Part shown: positions 8,129-17,147 of the stretch, piece by piece
Layout of the letters: the number at the start of each line of letters is the position of its first letter
Numbering within the stretch: the stretch's first letter is position 1
Source of the DNA: a virus
Length of the DNA stretch: 40,116 bases
UHGV virus genome: UHGV-1361477
Reading direction: 5' to 3' (one strand)
Notes under the pieces: generated by a model
What the model saw: the letters and a program-made list of their open reading frames with translations, nothing else
Database searches by the model: none
What the model was told of the DNA's origin: nothing
Made by a program: the position numbers and the translations under genes

Positions 8129-8779
8129 TTAAGGAAGGTTTGCTAGCTTGGCATCAACGACAACGCCAATGATTTTACAGTTCCCATTGATTTCAATCAT
8201 TGGGTATTGTGGATTGAGTGGTTTCAGGAATTTTCTACCGGCATCAATAACTAACTTTTTGAATGTCGCCTCGTTTTCTCCTTCAAGTTTGGCGACTACC
8301 AACTTTCCATTACGTGGTTCGACTTCTGGGTCGACGAGAATAATCATCCCCTCAGGAATACTCAGTCCTGCCGGGGCAGTCATTGAATCGCCTTTAACGT
8401 CGAGCCAAAAAGAGTCTTCAGAACAATCTACCGTTGTGTCGTACCAGTTATCTATTGCACGCCTATGATATGGCTCTACAGCTTCCATCCAACATCCTGC
8501 GCTTACCCAACTAATTAGAGGATACGAACCTCTTGGATCATGCCTGCTGTGATAGGCAATGTTTGAAAGACTATCCTCTCCTTTCAACAGGTAATCAGGG
8601 GAGCACTGCAAAGCCTTGGCTAAGGCCAATAGGTTTTCGCCATTGGGCTCAGTTTCAGATCGCTCCCATTGGGAAATAGCAACATTAGACACGCCAACCA
8701 TCTTGCCAAGGGCAGCCTGCCTAATCTTGAGTTCTTTTCTGCGAGCGCGAATACGCTCACCCATCAGTTGTGTATTCAT
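8129..8779 (-). CDS. c2: C2 (CI-type) repressor, LexA-like fold
   Basis: 216 aa; near-identical by recall to P22 C2 (MNTQLMGERIRARRK...GVVVDAKLANLP). Confidence 0.95.
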   Translation of the reverse strand: MNTQLMGERIRARRKELKIRQAALGKMVGVSNVAISQWERSETEPNGENLLALAKALQCSPDYLLKGEDSLSNIAYHSRHDPRGSYPLISWVSAGCWMEAVEPYHRRAIDNWYDTTVDCSEDSFWLDVKGDSMTAPAGLSIPEGMIILVDPEVEPRNGKLVVAKLEGENEATFKKLVIDAGRKFLKPLNPQYPMIEINGNCKIIGVVVDAKLANLP

Positions 8780-8781
8780 AG

Positions 8782-8846
8782 TTAAGACATCTTAAATAAA
8801 CTTGACTTAAGATTCCTTTGGTGGATAATTTAAGTGTTCTTTAATT
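8782..8846. promoter_or_regulatory. OR operators with divergent pRM/pR
   Basis: Three TTAAG-type sites (8782-8797, 8805-8822, 8827-8846; last matches P22 OR1 ATTTAAGTGTTCTTTAAT); pR -35 TTGACT 8802-8807, -10 GATAAT 8824-8829. Confidence 0.7.
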
Positions 8847-8859
8847 TCGGAGCGAGTCT

Positions 8860-9045
8860 ATGTACAAAAAAGATGTTATTGACCACTTCGGAACCCAGCG
8901 TGCTGTTGCTAAAGCACTAGGCATTAGCGATGCAGCAGTCTCTCAGTGGAAAGAAGTTATCCCAGAGAAAGACGCCTATCGATTGGAAATCGTTACAGCT
9001 GGCGCCCTGAAGTATCAAGAAAGTGCTTACCGCCAAGCGGCATAA
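8860..9045 (+). CDS. cro: Cro repressor
   Basis: 61 aa MYKKDVIDHFGTQRAVAKALGISDAAVSQWKE... matches P22 Cro by recall; GGAG SD. Confidence 0.95.
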   Translation: MYKKDVIDHFGTQRAVAKALGISDAAVSQWKEVIPEKDAYRLEIVTAGALKYQESAYRQAA

Positions 9046-9052
9046 GCAAATT

Positions 9053-9092
9053 GCTCTTTAACAGTTCTGGCCTTTCACCTCTAACCGGGTGA
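9053..9092 (+). promoter_or_regulatory. nutR (boxA + boxB)
   Basis: GCTCTTTAACA boxA then TCACC-TCTAACCG-GGTGA hairpin. Confidence 0.6.
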
Positions 9093-9160
9093 GCAAACAT
9101 CAGCGGCAAATCCATTGGGTGTGCCGCTATAACTCAATATCAATATAGGAAAATTAACAA

Positions 9161-9457
9161 ATGGCACAAGCAAGCTACAGCAAGCCAACACAGCGAGAAA
9201 TTGATCGCGCTGAAACTGATTTACTCATCAACCTGTCAACGCTTACCCATCGCGGTCTGGCAAAGATGATTGGCTGTCATGAATCGAAGATAAGCAGAAC
9301 GGACTGGAGATTTATTGCTTCGGTCTTGTGTGCTTTCGGAATGGCATCAGACATCAGTCCGATTAGCAGGGCTTTTAAGTATGCGCTTGATGAAATCACA
9401 AAGAAAAAATCCCCGGCCGCCACCGAGGATTTTAAGCAAATTGATATGCAATTCTGA
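9161..9457 (+). CDS. cII: CII-like transcriptional activator
   Basis: 98 aa; C-terminus [18 protein letters not shown] vs lambda CII NKKRPAATERSEQIQMEF; HTH in middle. Confidence 0.8.
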   Translation: MAQASYSKPTQREIDRAETDLLINLSTLTHRGLAKMIGCHESKISRTDWRFIASVLCAFGMASDISPISRAFKYALDEITKKKSPAATEDFKQIDMQF

Positions 9458-9489
9458 GGGAATTACTGGATCAATCCACAGGAGTAATT

Positions 9490-9636
9490 ATGACAAAACA
9501 ACTCAGTCCTTACCAGGACAAAATTCACAAACACATACTACGTGATCGCTTCCTGTCCAGCTTCAAGCAGCCTGGTCGATTCCGGGCTGAGTTGGAAAAA
9601 GTGAAGCTGATGCAGAAGGAGAAAGGTCATGAGTAA
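9490..9636 (+). CDS. hypothetical small basic protein (48 aa)
   Basis: Hand-found; AGGAG SD; overlaps start of O-like gene. Confidence 0.4.
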   Translation: MTKQLSPYQDKIHKHILRDRFLSSFKQPGRFRAELEKVKLMQKEKGHE

Positions 9637-10528
9637 CATATCTAATCTAGCCGAAGCCAGAGAGGCCAGAAGGCTCCAACAACCGCATCAAAGCAGCGGT
9701 AAGGGGTATGCCTTGCTGCACCGTAAAATTATGGATGTGCCGTTTTACAAGGACGCAGAAGCAGCGCATCTGTGGGTTCACTTAATCCTCAAAGCAAAGC
9801 ATACGCCTGAGTATGTAATGACTGACGCAGGAGAAATTCTGGTAGGCAGAGGGAAGCTACTTGGTGGTAGAAACTCTCTGGCGTTTGAAACAGGACTCAA
9901 ACCAGATCGCGTTCAGTACCTGCTTAGAAAGTTCAAAAAACTCGGCATGATTGACTGGGTTTCACACGGTAAATTCTCAGTTTTCTCGGTAGAGAAATAT
10001 GACGATTATCAGTCAAATTTTGTACCAGCAGATTACCAGCAAATTACCACCTCAAAGCCAGCAATACCAATGCCTGCAAGCAATACTGTACCAGCAGATT
10101 ACCAGCAAATTACCACAGATAAAGAATATAATAATATTATCTCTAATACTGACGTATTAGAGAGTACCGCAGCAGACAAAAAGTCTGACAAGAAAAAACC
10201 TTCCGTTAGCTGTCAGGATGTTGTCGATGCTTACCACGAAATCCTTCCTGAAGCGCCAAGAATCCGCGCACTGAATGACAAGCGTAAAAACCAGATCCGA
10301 ACGTTCTGGCGCAAAGCCGGAGTGATAACCCGACAGCTTGACGGGCATGGTTTCACGATGCAGGACTGGAGAAATTATTTGAGCTACGTTGGCGAAAATT
10401 GCCGATGGATGTTCGAAGAGCGCCCAAACCATCAACGCGGAACCGTCTGGCACAAAAAGGGATTTGATTTCCTGCTTAACGATAATACCTACCTGAAAGT
10501 TCGTGAGGGTGAACACGATGACCGATAA
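9629..10528 (+). CDS. replication initiator (O-like replisome organiser)
   Basis: 299 aa; position between cII and helicase; contains internal iterons; N-terminal HTH-like region. Confidence 0.75.
   Translation: MSNISNLAEAREARRLQQPHQSSGKGYALLHRKIMDVPFYKDAEAAHLWVHLILKAKHTPEYVMTDAGEILVGRGKLLGGRNSLAFETGLKPDRVQYLLRKFKKLGMIDWVSHGKFSVFSVEKYDDYQSNFVPADYQQITTSKPAIPMPASNTVPADYQQITTDKEYNNIISNTDVLESTAADKKSDKKKPSVSCQDVVDAYHEILPEAPRIRALNDKRKNQIRTFWRKAGVITRQLDGHGFTMQDWRNYLSYVGENCRWMFEERPNHQRGTVWHKKGFDFLLNDNTYLKVREGEHDDR
10021..10150. repeat. putative ori: two perfect 30-bp iterons plus AT-rich tract inside O-like gene
   Basis: TGTACCAGCAGATTACCAGCAAATTACCAC at 10021-10050 and 10087-10116, followed by AT-rich 10117-10150; encodes [10 protein letters not shown] twice. 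Confidence 0.55.
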
Positions 10529-11954
10529 TTTTTATGCGCCGCCCCATAGCATCGAGGCAGAGCAGGCGGTGATTGGTGGATTGCTTCTGGATGATGACAG
10601 CAGTGAGCGCGTCCAGAAAGTTCTGGCGATGCTGAAGCCTGATTCATTTTACAGCCGACCACACAAAATCCTTTTCGAAGAAATAACCAGAATGCACCGG
10701 GAGCAAAAGCCAGTAGATGGCCTGACGCTTTTCGATGAACTGGAGCGTAAATCGTTAACGGCGTCTGTTGGCGGTTTTGCTTATATCGCTGAGATCGCAA
10801 AGAACACGCCAAGCGCCGCAAACATCGTTGCCTATGCAATGCAGGTTCGCGAAACCGCAATGGAACGCTACGCCATCAACCGCATGACTGAAGCGACGGA
10901 ATTGCTCTATTCCCGCAACGGAATGACTGCGACGCAGAAGTACGAAGCTATTCAGGCGATTTTCACGCAACTGACAGACCATGCAAAAACCGGATCGCGT
11001 CGCGGCCTTCGCTCATTTGGCGAGGTCATGGAAGACTGGGTTAGCGACCTTGAGAAGCGATTTGACCCGTCAGGCGAACAGCGAGGAATGAGCACAGGCA
11101 TCCCATCGCTGGACAGGATGCTGTCACCGAAAGGTCTGGTGAAAGGCTCTCTGTTTGTCATTGGCGCTCGCCCTAAGATGGGGAAAACGACGCTATACAG
11201 CCAGATGGCAATCAACTGCGCAGTGCATGAGAAAAAGCCCGCTCTGATGTTCAGCCTTGAAATGCCAGGTGACCAGATACTGGAAAAACTGGTAGGGCAG
11301 AAGTCAGGTGTTAACCCGAATATTTTTTACCTTCCGGCGACAAATGACGCTGATGACGGCTATCAGGGTGATTACGATGGTGACTTCAACAGGGCGATCG
11401 AAACAGCCAATCGCTTGAGTGAAATCGACATGCTTTACATCGACGACACGCCGGGATTATCTCTGGCTCAAATCGTCAGCGAAAGCCGTCGAATCAAGCG
11501 AGAAAAAGGATGTGTTGGCATGATTCTGGTCGATTACCTGACACTAATGACCGCTGAGAAGGCCGATCGCAACGACCTTGCTTACGGCATGATCACCAAA
11601 GGACTGAAGAACCTTGCCAAAGAGCTTGATTGCGTTGTTGTGCTTCTGACACAGCTTAACCGCGCACTGGAAAGCCGAACCAATAAACGCCCATTACCAA
11701 GTGACTCACGAGATACAGGGCAGATTGAACAGGATTGCGATTATTGGGTGGGGATCCATCGTGAAGGTGCTTTTGATGACAGTGTTCCACCTGGTGAAAC
11801 CGAACTAATCCTTCGTCTCAATCGTCATGGCAATACCGGCACGGTGTATTGCATTCAGGCAAATGGCGCTATTTATGACACAGACCAACAGTCTGCTGAA
11901 ATGCGCCGCCGTGAACGCGAGGAACCGCAATCCAAGAAGAAAGGAGGATTCTGA
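10518..11954 (+). CDS. replicative DNA helicase (DnaB family)
   Basis: 478 aa from ATG 10518; DnaB N-terminal domain and Walker A GARPKMGKT; overlaps O stop. Confidence 0.9.
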   Translation: MTDNFYAPPHSIEAEQAVIGGLLLDDDSSERVQKVLAMLKPDSFYSRPHKILFEEITRMHREQKPVDGLTLFDELERKSLTASVGGFAYIAEIAKNTPSAANIVAYAMQVRETAMERYAINRMTEATELLYSRNGMTATQKYEAIQAIFTQLTDHAKTGSRRGLRSFGEVMEDWVSDLEKRFDPSGEQRGMSTGIPSLDRMLSPKGLVKGSLFVIGARPKMGKTTLYSQMAINCAVHEKKPALMFSLEMPGDQILEKLVGQKSGVNPNIFYLPATNDADDGYQGDYDGDFNRAIETANRLSEIDMLYIDDTPGLSLAQIVSESRRIKREKGCVGMILVDYLTLMTAEKADRNDLAYGMITKGLKNLAKELDCVVVLLTQLNRALESRTNKRPLPSDSRDTGQIEQDCDYWVGIHREGAFDDSVPPGETELILRLNRHGNTGTVYCIQANGAIYDTDQQSAEMRRREREEPQSKKKGGF

Positions 11955-11983
11955 TGACCATCTACATCACTGAGCTAATAACA

Positions 11984-12014
11984 GGCCTGCTGGTAATCGC
12001 AGGCCTTTTTATTT
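11984..12014 (+). terminator. candidate intrinsic terminator (or part of a 27-codon hydrophobic ORF)
   Basis: GGCCTGC-tggtaatc-GCAGGCC then TTTTTATTT; same bases lie inside ORF 11954-12037. Confidence 0.5.
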
Positions 12015-12029
12015 GGGGGAGGGTAAATC

Positions 12030-12236
12030 GTGGCTGAGTTAATTTTCTCTGCATTGAGGATTCTCGGTGCTATGTGGATGGTGGCGACGTTCATTGTTGT
12101 TGCCAGAAGTTTTGTCCGGTTGGTAGGCGAAGGTAAAGACCTGGTAGGTGTGCTTTTCGGTAGCATTTTCCTGTGGGTGATTATCGGTGTTATGCCTGTC
12201 GCTGTAGCAAAAATGGCGTGGCGTTTTGTGAGTTGA
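12030..12236 (+). CDS. small membrane protein (2 predicted TM helices)
   Basis: GTG start after GGAGG; hydrophobic segments. Confidence 0.5.
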   Translation: MAELIFSALRILGAMWMVATFIVVARSFVRLVGEGKDLVGVLFGSIFLWVIIGVMPVAVAKMAWRFVS

Positions 12237-12253
12237 ACTGATGGTAAATATCG

Positions 12254-12574
12254 ATGGACGAATCAAGAAAGCAGTTTGAAGAAAGTTGGTTGCGACGTGG
12301 AGGCGAATCCTCAGACCTTATCCGTTACCCTGAAAATCACCATGAAATTGGCAGTGGTAATATTGGTGGTCAATACGTGATGGACGATGTTCAAGGCCAC
12401 TGGCAAACGTGGCAGGCATCGCGATCAGCTATTGAAATAACCGCGCCAAAGTTTATCGACAGCAGAGAAGCATTAGCCAAAGGGTTTACTGTTGATTATT
12501 CCAATGGCTTCGGTGATGCAATGGATGCTTATGAGGAAAACATCCGCGCTGCTGGAATCAAAGTGAAGGAGTGA
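12254..12574 (+). CDS. hypothetical protein, paralog A (MDESRKQFEE family)
   Basis: 106 aa; shares N-terminus MDESRKQFEE, central WQASR(S/A)AIE and C-terminal IRAAGIK with ORF 13032-13388. Confidence 0.6.
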   Translation: MDESRKQFEESWLRRGGESSDLIRYPENHHEIGSGNIGGQYVMDDVQGHWQTWQASRSAIEITAPKFIDSREALAKGFTVDYSNGFGDAMDAYEENIRAAGIKVKE

Positions 12575-12576
12575 GC

Positions 12577-12762
12577 ATGAGTCGACGAAGTAGCTTTTTG
12601 GGGTTTGTAATATTCCTGTCCTGCACTGGTTACATCGTAATCTGGTCAATTTCGAACATTGACCGTGGCGGGGAATATCTCATTGTAATGTTCTTTCCTT
12701 TGTTTCTTGGGTGGTACGCCGCAAGGTTGCTGGAAGAATGGGGTTACAGGCATAAAAAATAA
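12577..12762 (+). CDS. small membrane protein (2 TM)
   Basis: ATG after AAGGAG; hydrophobic. Confidence 0.5.
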   Translation: MSRRSSFLGFVIFLSCTGYIVIWSISNIDRGGEYLIVMFFPLFLGWYAARLLEEWGYRHKK

Positions 12763-12821
12763 AGGAGTGTTCAGTGAAGCAAACCCTTTTTTATTGGATT
12801 AAGAGCGAGTGGTAAGTACCG

Positions 12822-13004
12822 ATGGTAAATGCATTTATTTGTAGTTTATTTCTTGTCGCGATTTTTCATGGATTCCTTCTGATGATGAGTTTTGTTCTCT
12901 GGAATAATGGATATCGCATATTGGGAGTAGGTTTTGTTTTACGGTTTTCAGTTGTCTGCGCGTTGCTACCGATAATTATGGCGACTATCAAATATTATTG
13001 GTAA
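12822..13004 (+). CDS. small membrane protein (2 TM), AT-rich
   Basis: 60 aa hydrophobic ORF; AT-rich. Confidence 0.45.
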   Translation: MVNAFICSLFLVAIFHGFLLMMSFVLWNNGYRILGVGFVLRFSVVCALLPIIMATIKYYW

Positions 13005-13031
13005 CCCAAAAAATCATCGATGGAGAGTGAT

Positions 13032-13388
13032 ATGGACGAATCAAGAAAGCAGTTTGAGGAATACGTTGCCAAAAAATTGAGATTACCATTCGAGATGATA
13101 ACCGAGGCAAGAAATGGTGATAGGTACTTCGCATTTTCAAGCATGGATATTCGTCACTCCTTAAATGAGTGGTGGACTTTATGGCAGGCATCGCGAGCAG
13201 CTATTGAACTGGATATCGACTGGCCAGAATCGAATGACGACTTTTGGAAAGATGGTGAAGAAGGTGCTTATGCGATGGGTTATGAGGATGGGCGTGACAA
13301 AACGGTAATTGCAGTAATGAAAGCTATCAGAGCCGCTGGAATTAAAGAGAAGAATTTCGATGAAGCAAACAATATTCCTCCGAACTAA
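13032..13388 (+). CDS. hypothetical protein, paralog B (MDESRKQFEE family)
   Basis: ATG 13032 after GGAGAGTGAT; paralogous to 12254-12574. Confidence 0.6.
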   Translation: MDESRKQFEEYVAKKLRLPFEMITEARNGDRYFAFSSMDIRHSLNEWWTLWQASRAAIELDIDWPESNDDFWKDGEEGAYAMGYEDGRDKTVIAVMKAIRAAGIKEKNFDEANNIPPN

Positions 13389-13770
13389 GCAACAACAGCA
13401 AGCCGCAATCAACGCCATCCTCGCAACACCACTCGATAAAGACAAGCCAGTCACCATCCGCATTACTGACTACAAGCGCAACCTTGACCAGAACGCAAAA
13501 TTTCACGCGATGCTGGCGGATATCGCTCGTCAGGTTCAATGGTGCGGCAAATGGTTAAAACCAGAACAATGGAAGGTTTTGTTGATCAGCGGTCATGCAG
13601 TGGCAACAAAACAGGAAGCTGATGTTTTGCCCGGGCTTGAAGGCGAATACGTCAACATTCGCGAAAGCAGCGCGCAGATGAGTGTGAAGCGTATGGCAAG
13701 TCTTATCGAGTACACAACAGCCTGGGCTATTGGTCATGGTGTCAGATTTACCGACAGGAGGTACGAATGA
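13360..13770 (+). CDS. ninB: NinB (Orf) recombination protein
   Basis: 136 aa; [25 protein letters not shown] resembles lambda NinB LDQNRKLWACLGDVSRQVEWHGRWL. Confidence 0.8.
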   Translation: MKQTIFLRTKQQQQAAINAILATPLDKDKPVTIRITDYKRNLDQNAKFHAMLADIARQVQWCGKWLKPEQWKVLLISGHAVATKQEADVLPGLEGEYVNIRESSAQMSVKRMASLIEYTTAWAIGHGVRFTDRRYE

Positions 13771-13943
13771 GACGACAGCGACGAAGTATCACCGACATCA
13801 TCTGCGAAAACTGCAAATACCTTCCAACGAAACGCTCCAGAAATAAACGCAAGCCAATCCCAAAAGAATCTGACGTAAAAACCTTCAACTACACGGCTCA
13901 CCTGTGGGATATCCGGTGGCTAAGACATCGTGCGAGGAAATGA
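13767..13943 (+). CDS. ninE: NinE
   Basis: 58 aa [20 protein letters not shown]... matches lambda NinE by recall; ATGA coupling. Confidence 0.7.
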   Translation: MRRQRRSITDIICENCKYLPTKRSRNKRKPIPKESDVKTFNYTAHLWDIRWLRHRARK

Positions 13944-14329
13944 CAATGGATTATTCACAGTTAAGTGATTTTGAAATTAACGTGGCGGTATTCGAAGCCA
14001 TTCATAACGGATCACCGGATTACAAAGAAGGTGAGAATGGCGCGATGGTGTTTATCTCATTTGAGGGAGACATTGTAAACGGAGACGCAGTTGAAGTAGA
14101 GGTTGAGCGCGGATCCTTTAACCCATGCGCAAACCCAGCAGACGCATGGCCGATTATCACTGAAAACAACATCAGCATAATTTTAGACAATCCCTCAATG
14201 CCGTGCGCTACAGACAACGCAAGGGACTTGTTTGATGATGCCGGACCGAATGTTGGTGTCGCATATGACAATCCACTCCGTGCCGCCATGATTGTCTTTC
14301 TCATGATGCAGGACGCCAATAATGCTTAG
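13940..14329 (+). CDS. NinX-like protein
   Basis: 129 aa from ATG 13940; [13 protein letters not shown]-terminus typical of NinX (DUF2591) by recall. Confidence 0.5.
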   Translation: MTMDYSQLSDFEINVAVFEAIHNGSPDYKEGENGAMVFISFEGDIVNGDAVEVEVERGSFNPCANPADAWPIITENNISIILDNPSMPCATDNARDLFDDAGPNVGVAYDNPLRAAMIVFLMMQDANNA

Positions 14330-14498
14330 CCCATCCCAATCCCTTCAATACCAGAAAGAAAGCGTCGAGCGGGCTTTAACGTGCGCTAACTGCGGTCAGA
14401 AGCTGCATGTGCTGGAAGTTCACGTGTGTGAGCACTGCTGCGCAGAACTGATGAGCGATCCGAATAGCTCAATGTACGAGGAAGAAGACGATGAATGA
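14322..14498 (+). CDS. ninF: NinF
   Basis: 58 aa [30 protein letters not shown]... Cys-rich, matches lambda NinF by recall. Confidence 0.7.
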   Translation: MLSPSQSLQYQKESVERALTCANCGQKLHVLEVHVCEHCCAELMSDPNSSMYEEEDDE

Positions 14499-15213
14499 GT
14501 TAATAAATGGCAATGCCATCAAAATGACAAGCATTGAAATCGCTGAGTTGGTGGGTAAGCGTCATGACAATGTGAAACGTACCATCGAAACGCTGGCTAA
14601 GAATGGTGTTATCCGGCTTCCTCAAATTGAGGATTGTGGAAGAATCAATGGGTTAGGCTTAAATCAAAGTTTTTGTGTGTATGCATTCGAAGGCGAACAA
14701 GGAAAGCGAGACAGTATTGTCGTTGTAGCCCAGTTGTCGCCGGAATTCACCGCTCGTCTTGTTGACCGTTGGCGAGAGCTTGAAGAAACTGCGGTTAATA
14801 TCCCCAAAACGCTACCAGAAGCGTTGCGCCTTGCTGCTGATCTTGCTGAGCAGAAAATGCAACTGGAAAACCAGCTCGCAATTGCCGCACCTAAAGTTGA
14901 GTTTGCCGATCGCGTTGGCGAGGCCAGCGGAATTTTGATTGGAAACTATGCAAAGGTTGTTGGAATTGGTCCAAACAAACTGTTTGCGTGGATGCGCGAT
15001 CACAAAATCCTTATTGCTTCAGGTTCCCGGCGCAATGTGCCAATGCAGGAATATATGGATCGCGGCTATTTCACAGTGAAAGAAACAGCGGTCAACACAA
15101 ATCACGGAATACAGATATCGTTCACCACAAAAATCACCGGGCGTGGTCAACAGTGGCTGACCAGAAAGCTGCTCGATAACGGAATGCTGAAAGTAACAGG
15201 GGAGGCTGCTTAA
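14491..15213 (+). CDS. Rha-family phage regulatory protein / antirepressor (KilAC-type C-terminus)
   Basis: 240 aa; N-terminal TSIEIAELVGKRHDNVKRTIE (Rha-type), C-terminal antirepressor-like domain. Confidence 0.65.
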   Translation: MNELINGNAIKMTSIEIAELVGKRHDNVKRTIETLAKNGVIRLPQIEDCGRINGLGLNQSFCVYAFEGEQGKRDSIVVVAQLSPEFTARLVDRWRELEETAVNIPKTLPEALRLAADLAEQKMQLENQLAIAAPKVEFADRVGEASGILIGNYAKVVGIGPNKLFAWMRDHKILIASGSRRNVPMQEYMDRGYFTVKETAVNTNHGIQISFTTKITGRGQQWLTRKLLDNGMLKVTGEAA

Positions 15214-15503
15214 TGGCTAACCTACGCAAAGAAGCGCGCGGAAGAGAATGCCAGGTACGTATTTACGGCGTATGCAATGGCAATCCTGAAACCACAGTTC
15301 TGGCACATTACCGGATGGCTGGAATTTGCGGAACGGGAATGAAGCCTGACGACCTGATCGGCGCATGGGCTTGTAGTGACTGCCACGCGGAGATCGACCG
15401 ACGCACCCGGATTCTCGACAACAAAGACGCCAGACTTTACCACCTCGAAGGCGTGATCAGGACGCAGGCGATACTGCTGAAGGAGGGGAAGATTAAGTCA
15501 TGA
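15213..15503 (+). CDS. YbcO-like DUF1364 protein (putative nuclease)
   Basis: 96 aa MANLRKEARGRECQVRIYGVCNGNPETTVLAH... four Cys; matches E. coli DLP12 YbcO by recall. Confidence 0.7.
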   Translation: MANLRKEARGRECQVRIYGVCNGNPETTVLAHYRMAGICGTGMKPDDLIGAWACSDCHAEIDRRTRILDNKDARLYHLEGVIRTQAILLKEGKIKS

Positions 15504-16024
15504 ACGGTAAAAGATATCCAACACAAAAAGAAATCAATGAATTGTATGAATATAATAGCGAAACAGGTTTGTTTATATACAAGAGAAGAGAAAGTGTAAG
15601 AGAGTGCTGGAATTCAACATATGCCGGTAAGATTGCTGGTTCTATAGATGAAAAAGGATACGTTCGTATATCTGTAAATAAAAAAGTTTGTCGAGCTCAT
15701 AGAATCGCATGGATATCCTTTTATGGAAGTGAACCTGATGGGGAAATTGACCACATAAATGGAGTTAAAAGCGATAACAGAATATGCAATTTGCGCGTTG
15801 TAGATGATAAACAGAACTCAAGGAACAGAAAAAAGCCTATTAATAATCGCTCTGGAGTAATGGGGGTTGCCTACTATAAGAAGAATAAAAAGTGGGGCGC
15901 ATATATAAACAGTGATAATAAAAAGATATTTCTTGGATTATACGATGACATATCTCTAGCCGTTAATGCCAGAAAATTGGCGGAATCACGATTGGGGTAT
16001 CACCATAATCATGGGAGAGGATAA
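15500..16024 (+). CDS. HNH homing endonuclease (HNH + AP2-like domain)
   Basis: 174 aa; HRIAW...IDHINGVKSDNRICNLRVV HNH motif; strongly AT-rich; sits between ybcO-like and rusA. Confidence 0.75.
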   Translation: MNGKRYPTQKEINELYEYNSETGLFIYKRRESVRECWNSTYAGKIAGSIDEKGYVRISVNKKVCRAHRIAWISFYGSEPDGEIDHINGVKSDNRICNLRVVDDKQNSRNRKKPINNRSGVMGVAYYKKNKKWGAYINSDNKKIFLGLYDDISLAVNARKLAESRLGYHHNHGRG

Positions 16025-16387
16025 ATGGCAGAATACAGATTCACACTTCCGTACCCACCGTCGCTGAACACCTACTGGCGAAGACGGGGAAGCCAATACT
16101 ACATCAGCGATAAAGGCCAGAAATACCGAAAAGACGTTCAGCAAATCATCCGCCAACTTAAGTTAGACATTTTCACCAAATCACGACTCCGCATCAAAGT
16201 CATCGCAGACGTTCCAGACTCCCGCCGCCGCGACCTCGACAACATCCTGAAAGGTTTACTCGACTCCCTTATCCACGCCGGATTTGCGGAAGACGACGAG
16301 CAATTCGATGACATTCGCGTAATTCGTGGTGTGAAAGTACCAGGTGGAAGGCTTGGAATAAAAATCACCGAACTGGAGAACGCATGA
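16025..16387 (+). CDS. rusA: RusA Holliday junction resolvase
   Basis: 120 aa; DSRRRDLDNILKGLLDSLIHAGF...GGRLGIKITELENA matches RusA. Confidence 0.85.
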   Translation: MAEYRFTLPYPPSLNTYWRRRGSQYYISDKGQKYRKDVQQIIRQLKLDIFTKSRLRIKVIADVPDSRRRDLDNILKGLLDSLIHAGFAEDDEQFDDIRVIRGVKVPGGRLGIKITELENA

Positions 16388-16572
16388 ACGCCACAATTCA
16401 AACGATACCAGAGCTTCTTATCCAGACACGAGGCAATCAGACCGAAGTGGCAAGGATGCTTTCCTGCGCAAGAGGAACAGTGCTCAAGTACAACCGAGAC
16501 AGCAAAGGCGAGCGTCATGTAATAGTTAACGGCGTCCTGATGGTCAAACAGGGCAAGAGGGGAAGACGATGA
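16384..16572 (+). CDS. ninH: NinH
   Basis: 62 aa; GNQTEVARMLSCARGTV...VNGVLMV resembles lambda NinH. Confidence 0.65.
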   Translation: MNATIQTIPELLIQTRGNQTEVARMLSCARGTVLKYNRDSKGERHVIVNGVLMVKQGKRGRR

Positions 16573-17057
16573 GCATAAGAGAACTAAACCTCACCAAAGA
16601 GCAGCACGATTGGCTGAATGGCTGGCTTGAACTGTGGGGAGCATGGGTTTATTCAGGTCGTCTTGAAAAGCGCATGAGCAGCGTAATAGCGAAGTTCATG
16701 GAGAGCGTAGAGCCGGGAAGAGTTATGACAAGGCCAATGTGCAATGATGATGATGGAATGTTGATTTCTCAGGTCGTCGATTCCGTCATGTACATTGACA
16801 AGAAAGCCTTTGGCATCCTCCTCAGCTACTACGCTCATGGATCTTCCAAGCACGCCATTGCATCTTACTATCATCGTGTCGCAAGACCTCGCAAGATGTT
16901 ATGCCGTGGCGGCGGGCGCATTCAAAAACCATCGCTCGCAACCTGTCGCCGGGAAGTTGACGAAATCCTCAATGCCTCGTTGTTTATGATTTATCCGGTT
17001 CTGGATAGTGCGTTTAAAAACCGGAAACGTGTAGATAAAATTAAACATGTAGCATAG
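16569..17057 (+). CDS. Q: late antiterminator Q (Phage_antitermQ family, not lambda-Q type)
   Basis: 162 aa; RPMCNDDDGMLI motif as in QuuD/Q21-type; directly upstream of late promoter region. Confidence 0.7.
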   Translation: MSIRELNLTKEQHDWLNGWLELWGAWVYSGRLEKRMSSVIAKFMESVEPGRVMTRPMCNDDDGMLISQVVDSVMYIDKKAFGILLSYYAHGSSKHAIASYYHRVARPRKMLCRGGGRIQKPSLATCRREVDEILNASLFMIYPVLDSAFKNRKRVDKIKHVA

Positions 17058-17063
17058 AACGTG

Positions 17064-17147
17064 TTGACATCATTGAGCAAATGAGCAACACTATTCGCAT
17101 AAGCTGCCGTTAGTGACTCTTAAGTTGCAACGGTGGCTTTTTTTGTT
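17064..17147 (+). promoter_or_regulatory. candidate pR' late promoter and tR' terminator
   Basis: -35 TTGACA 17064-17069; downstream CUGCCGUU...AACGGUGG stem then TTTTTTT at 17140-17146; -10 not cleanly identified. Confidence 0.4.

Noticed and set aside
8148-8468. Plus-strand ORF inside c2
   Set aside because: Antisense to a confidently identified repressor gene; no RBS; typical shadow ORF. The same applies to 881-1108, 1073-1291, 1153-1412, 2140-2644, 5028-5443, 10157-10982, 20514-20949, 21045-21488, 22121-22366, 23102-23554 and similar overlapping ORFs.
9100-9135. Inverted repeat AGCGGCA...TGCCGCT after nutR as intrinsic terminator tR1
   Set aside because: Not followed by a T-run; lambda tR1 is Rho-dependent, so no intrinsic terminator is expected; left unannotated.
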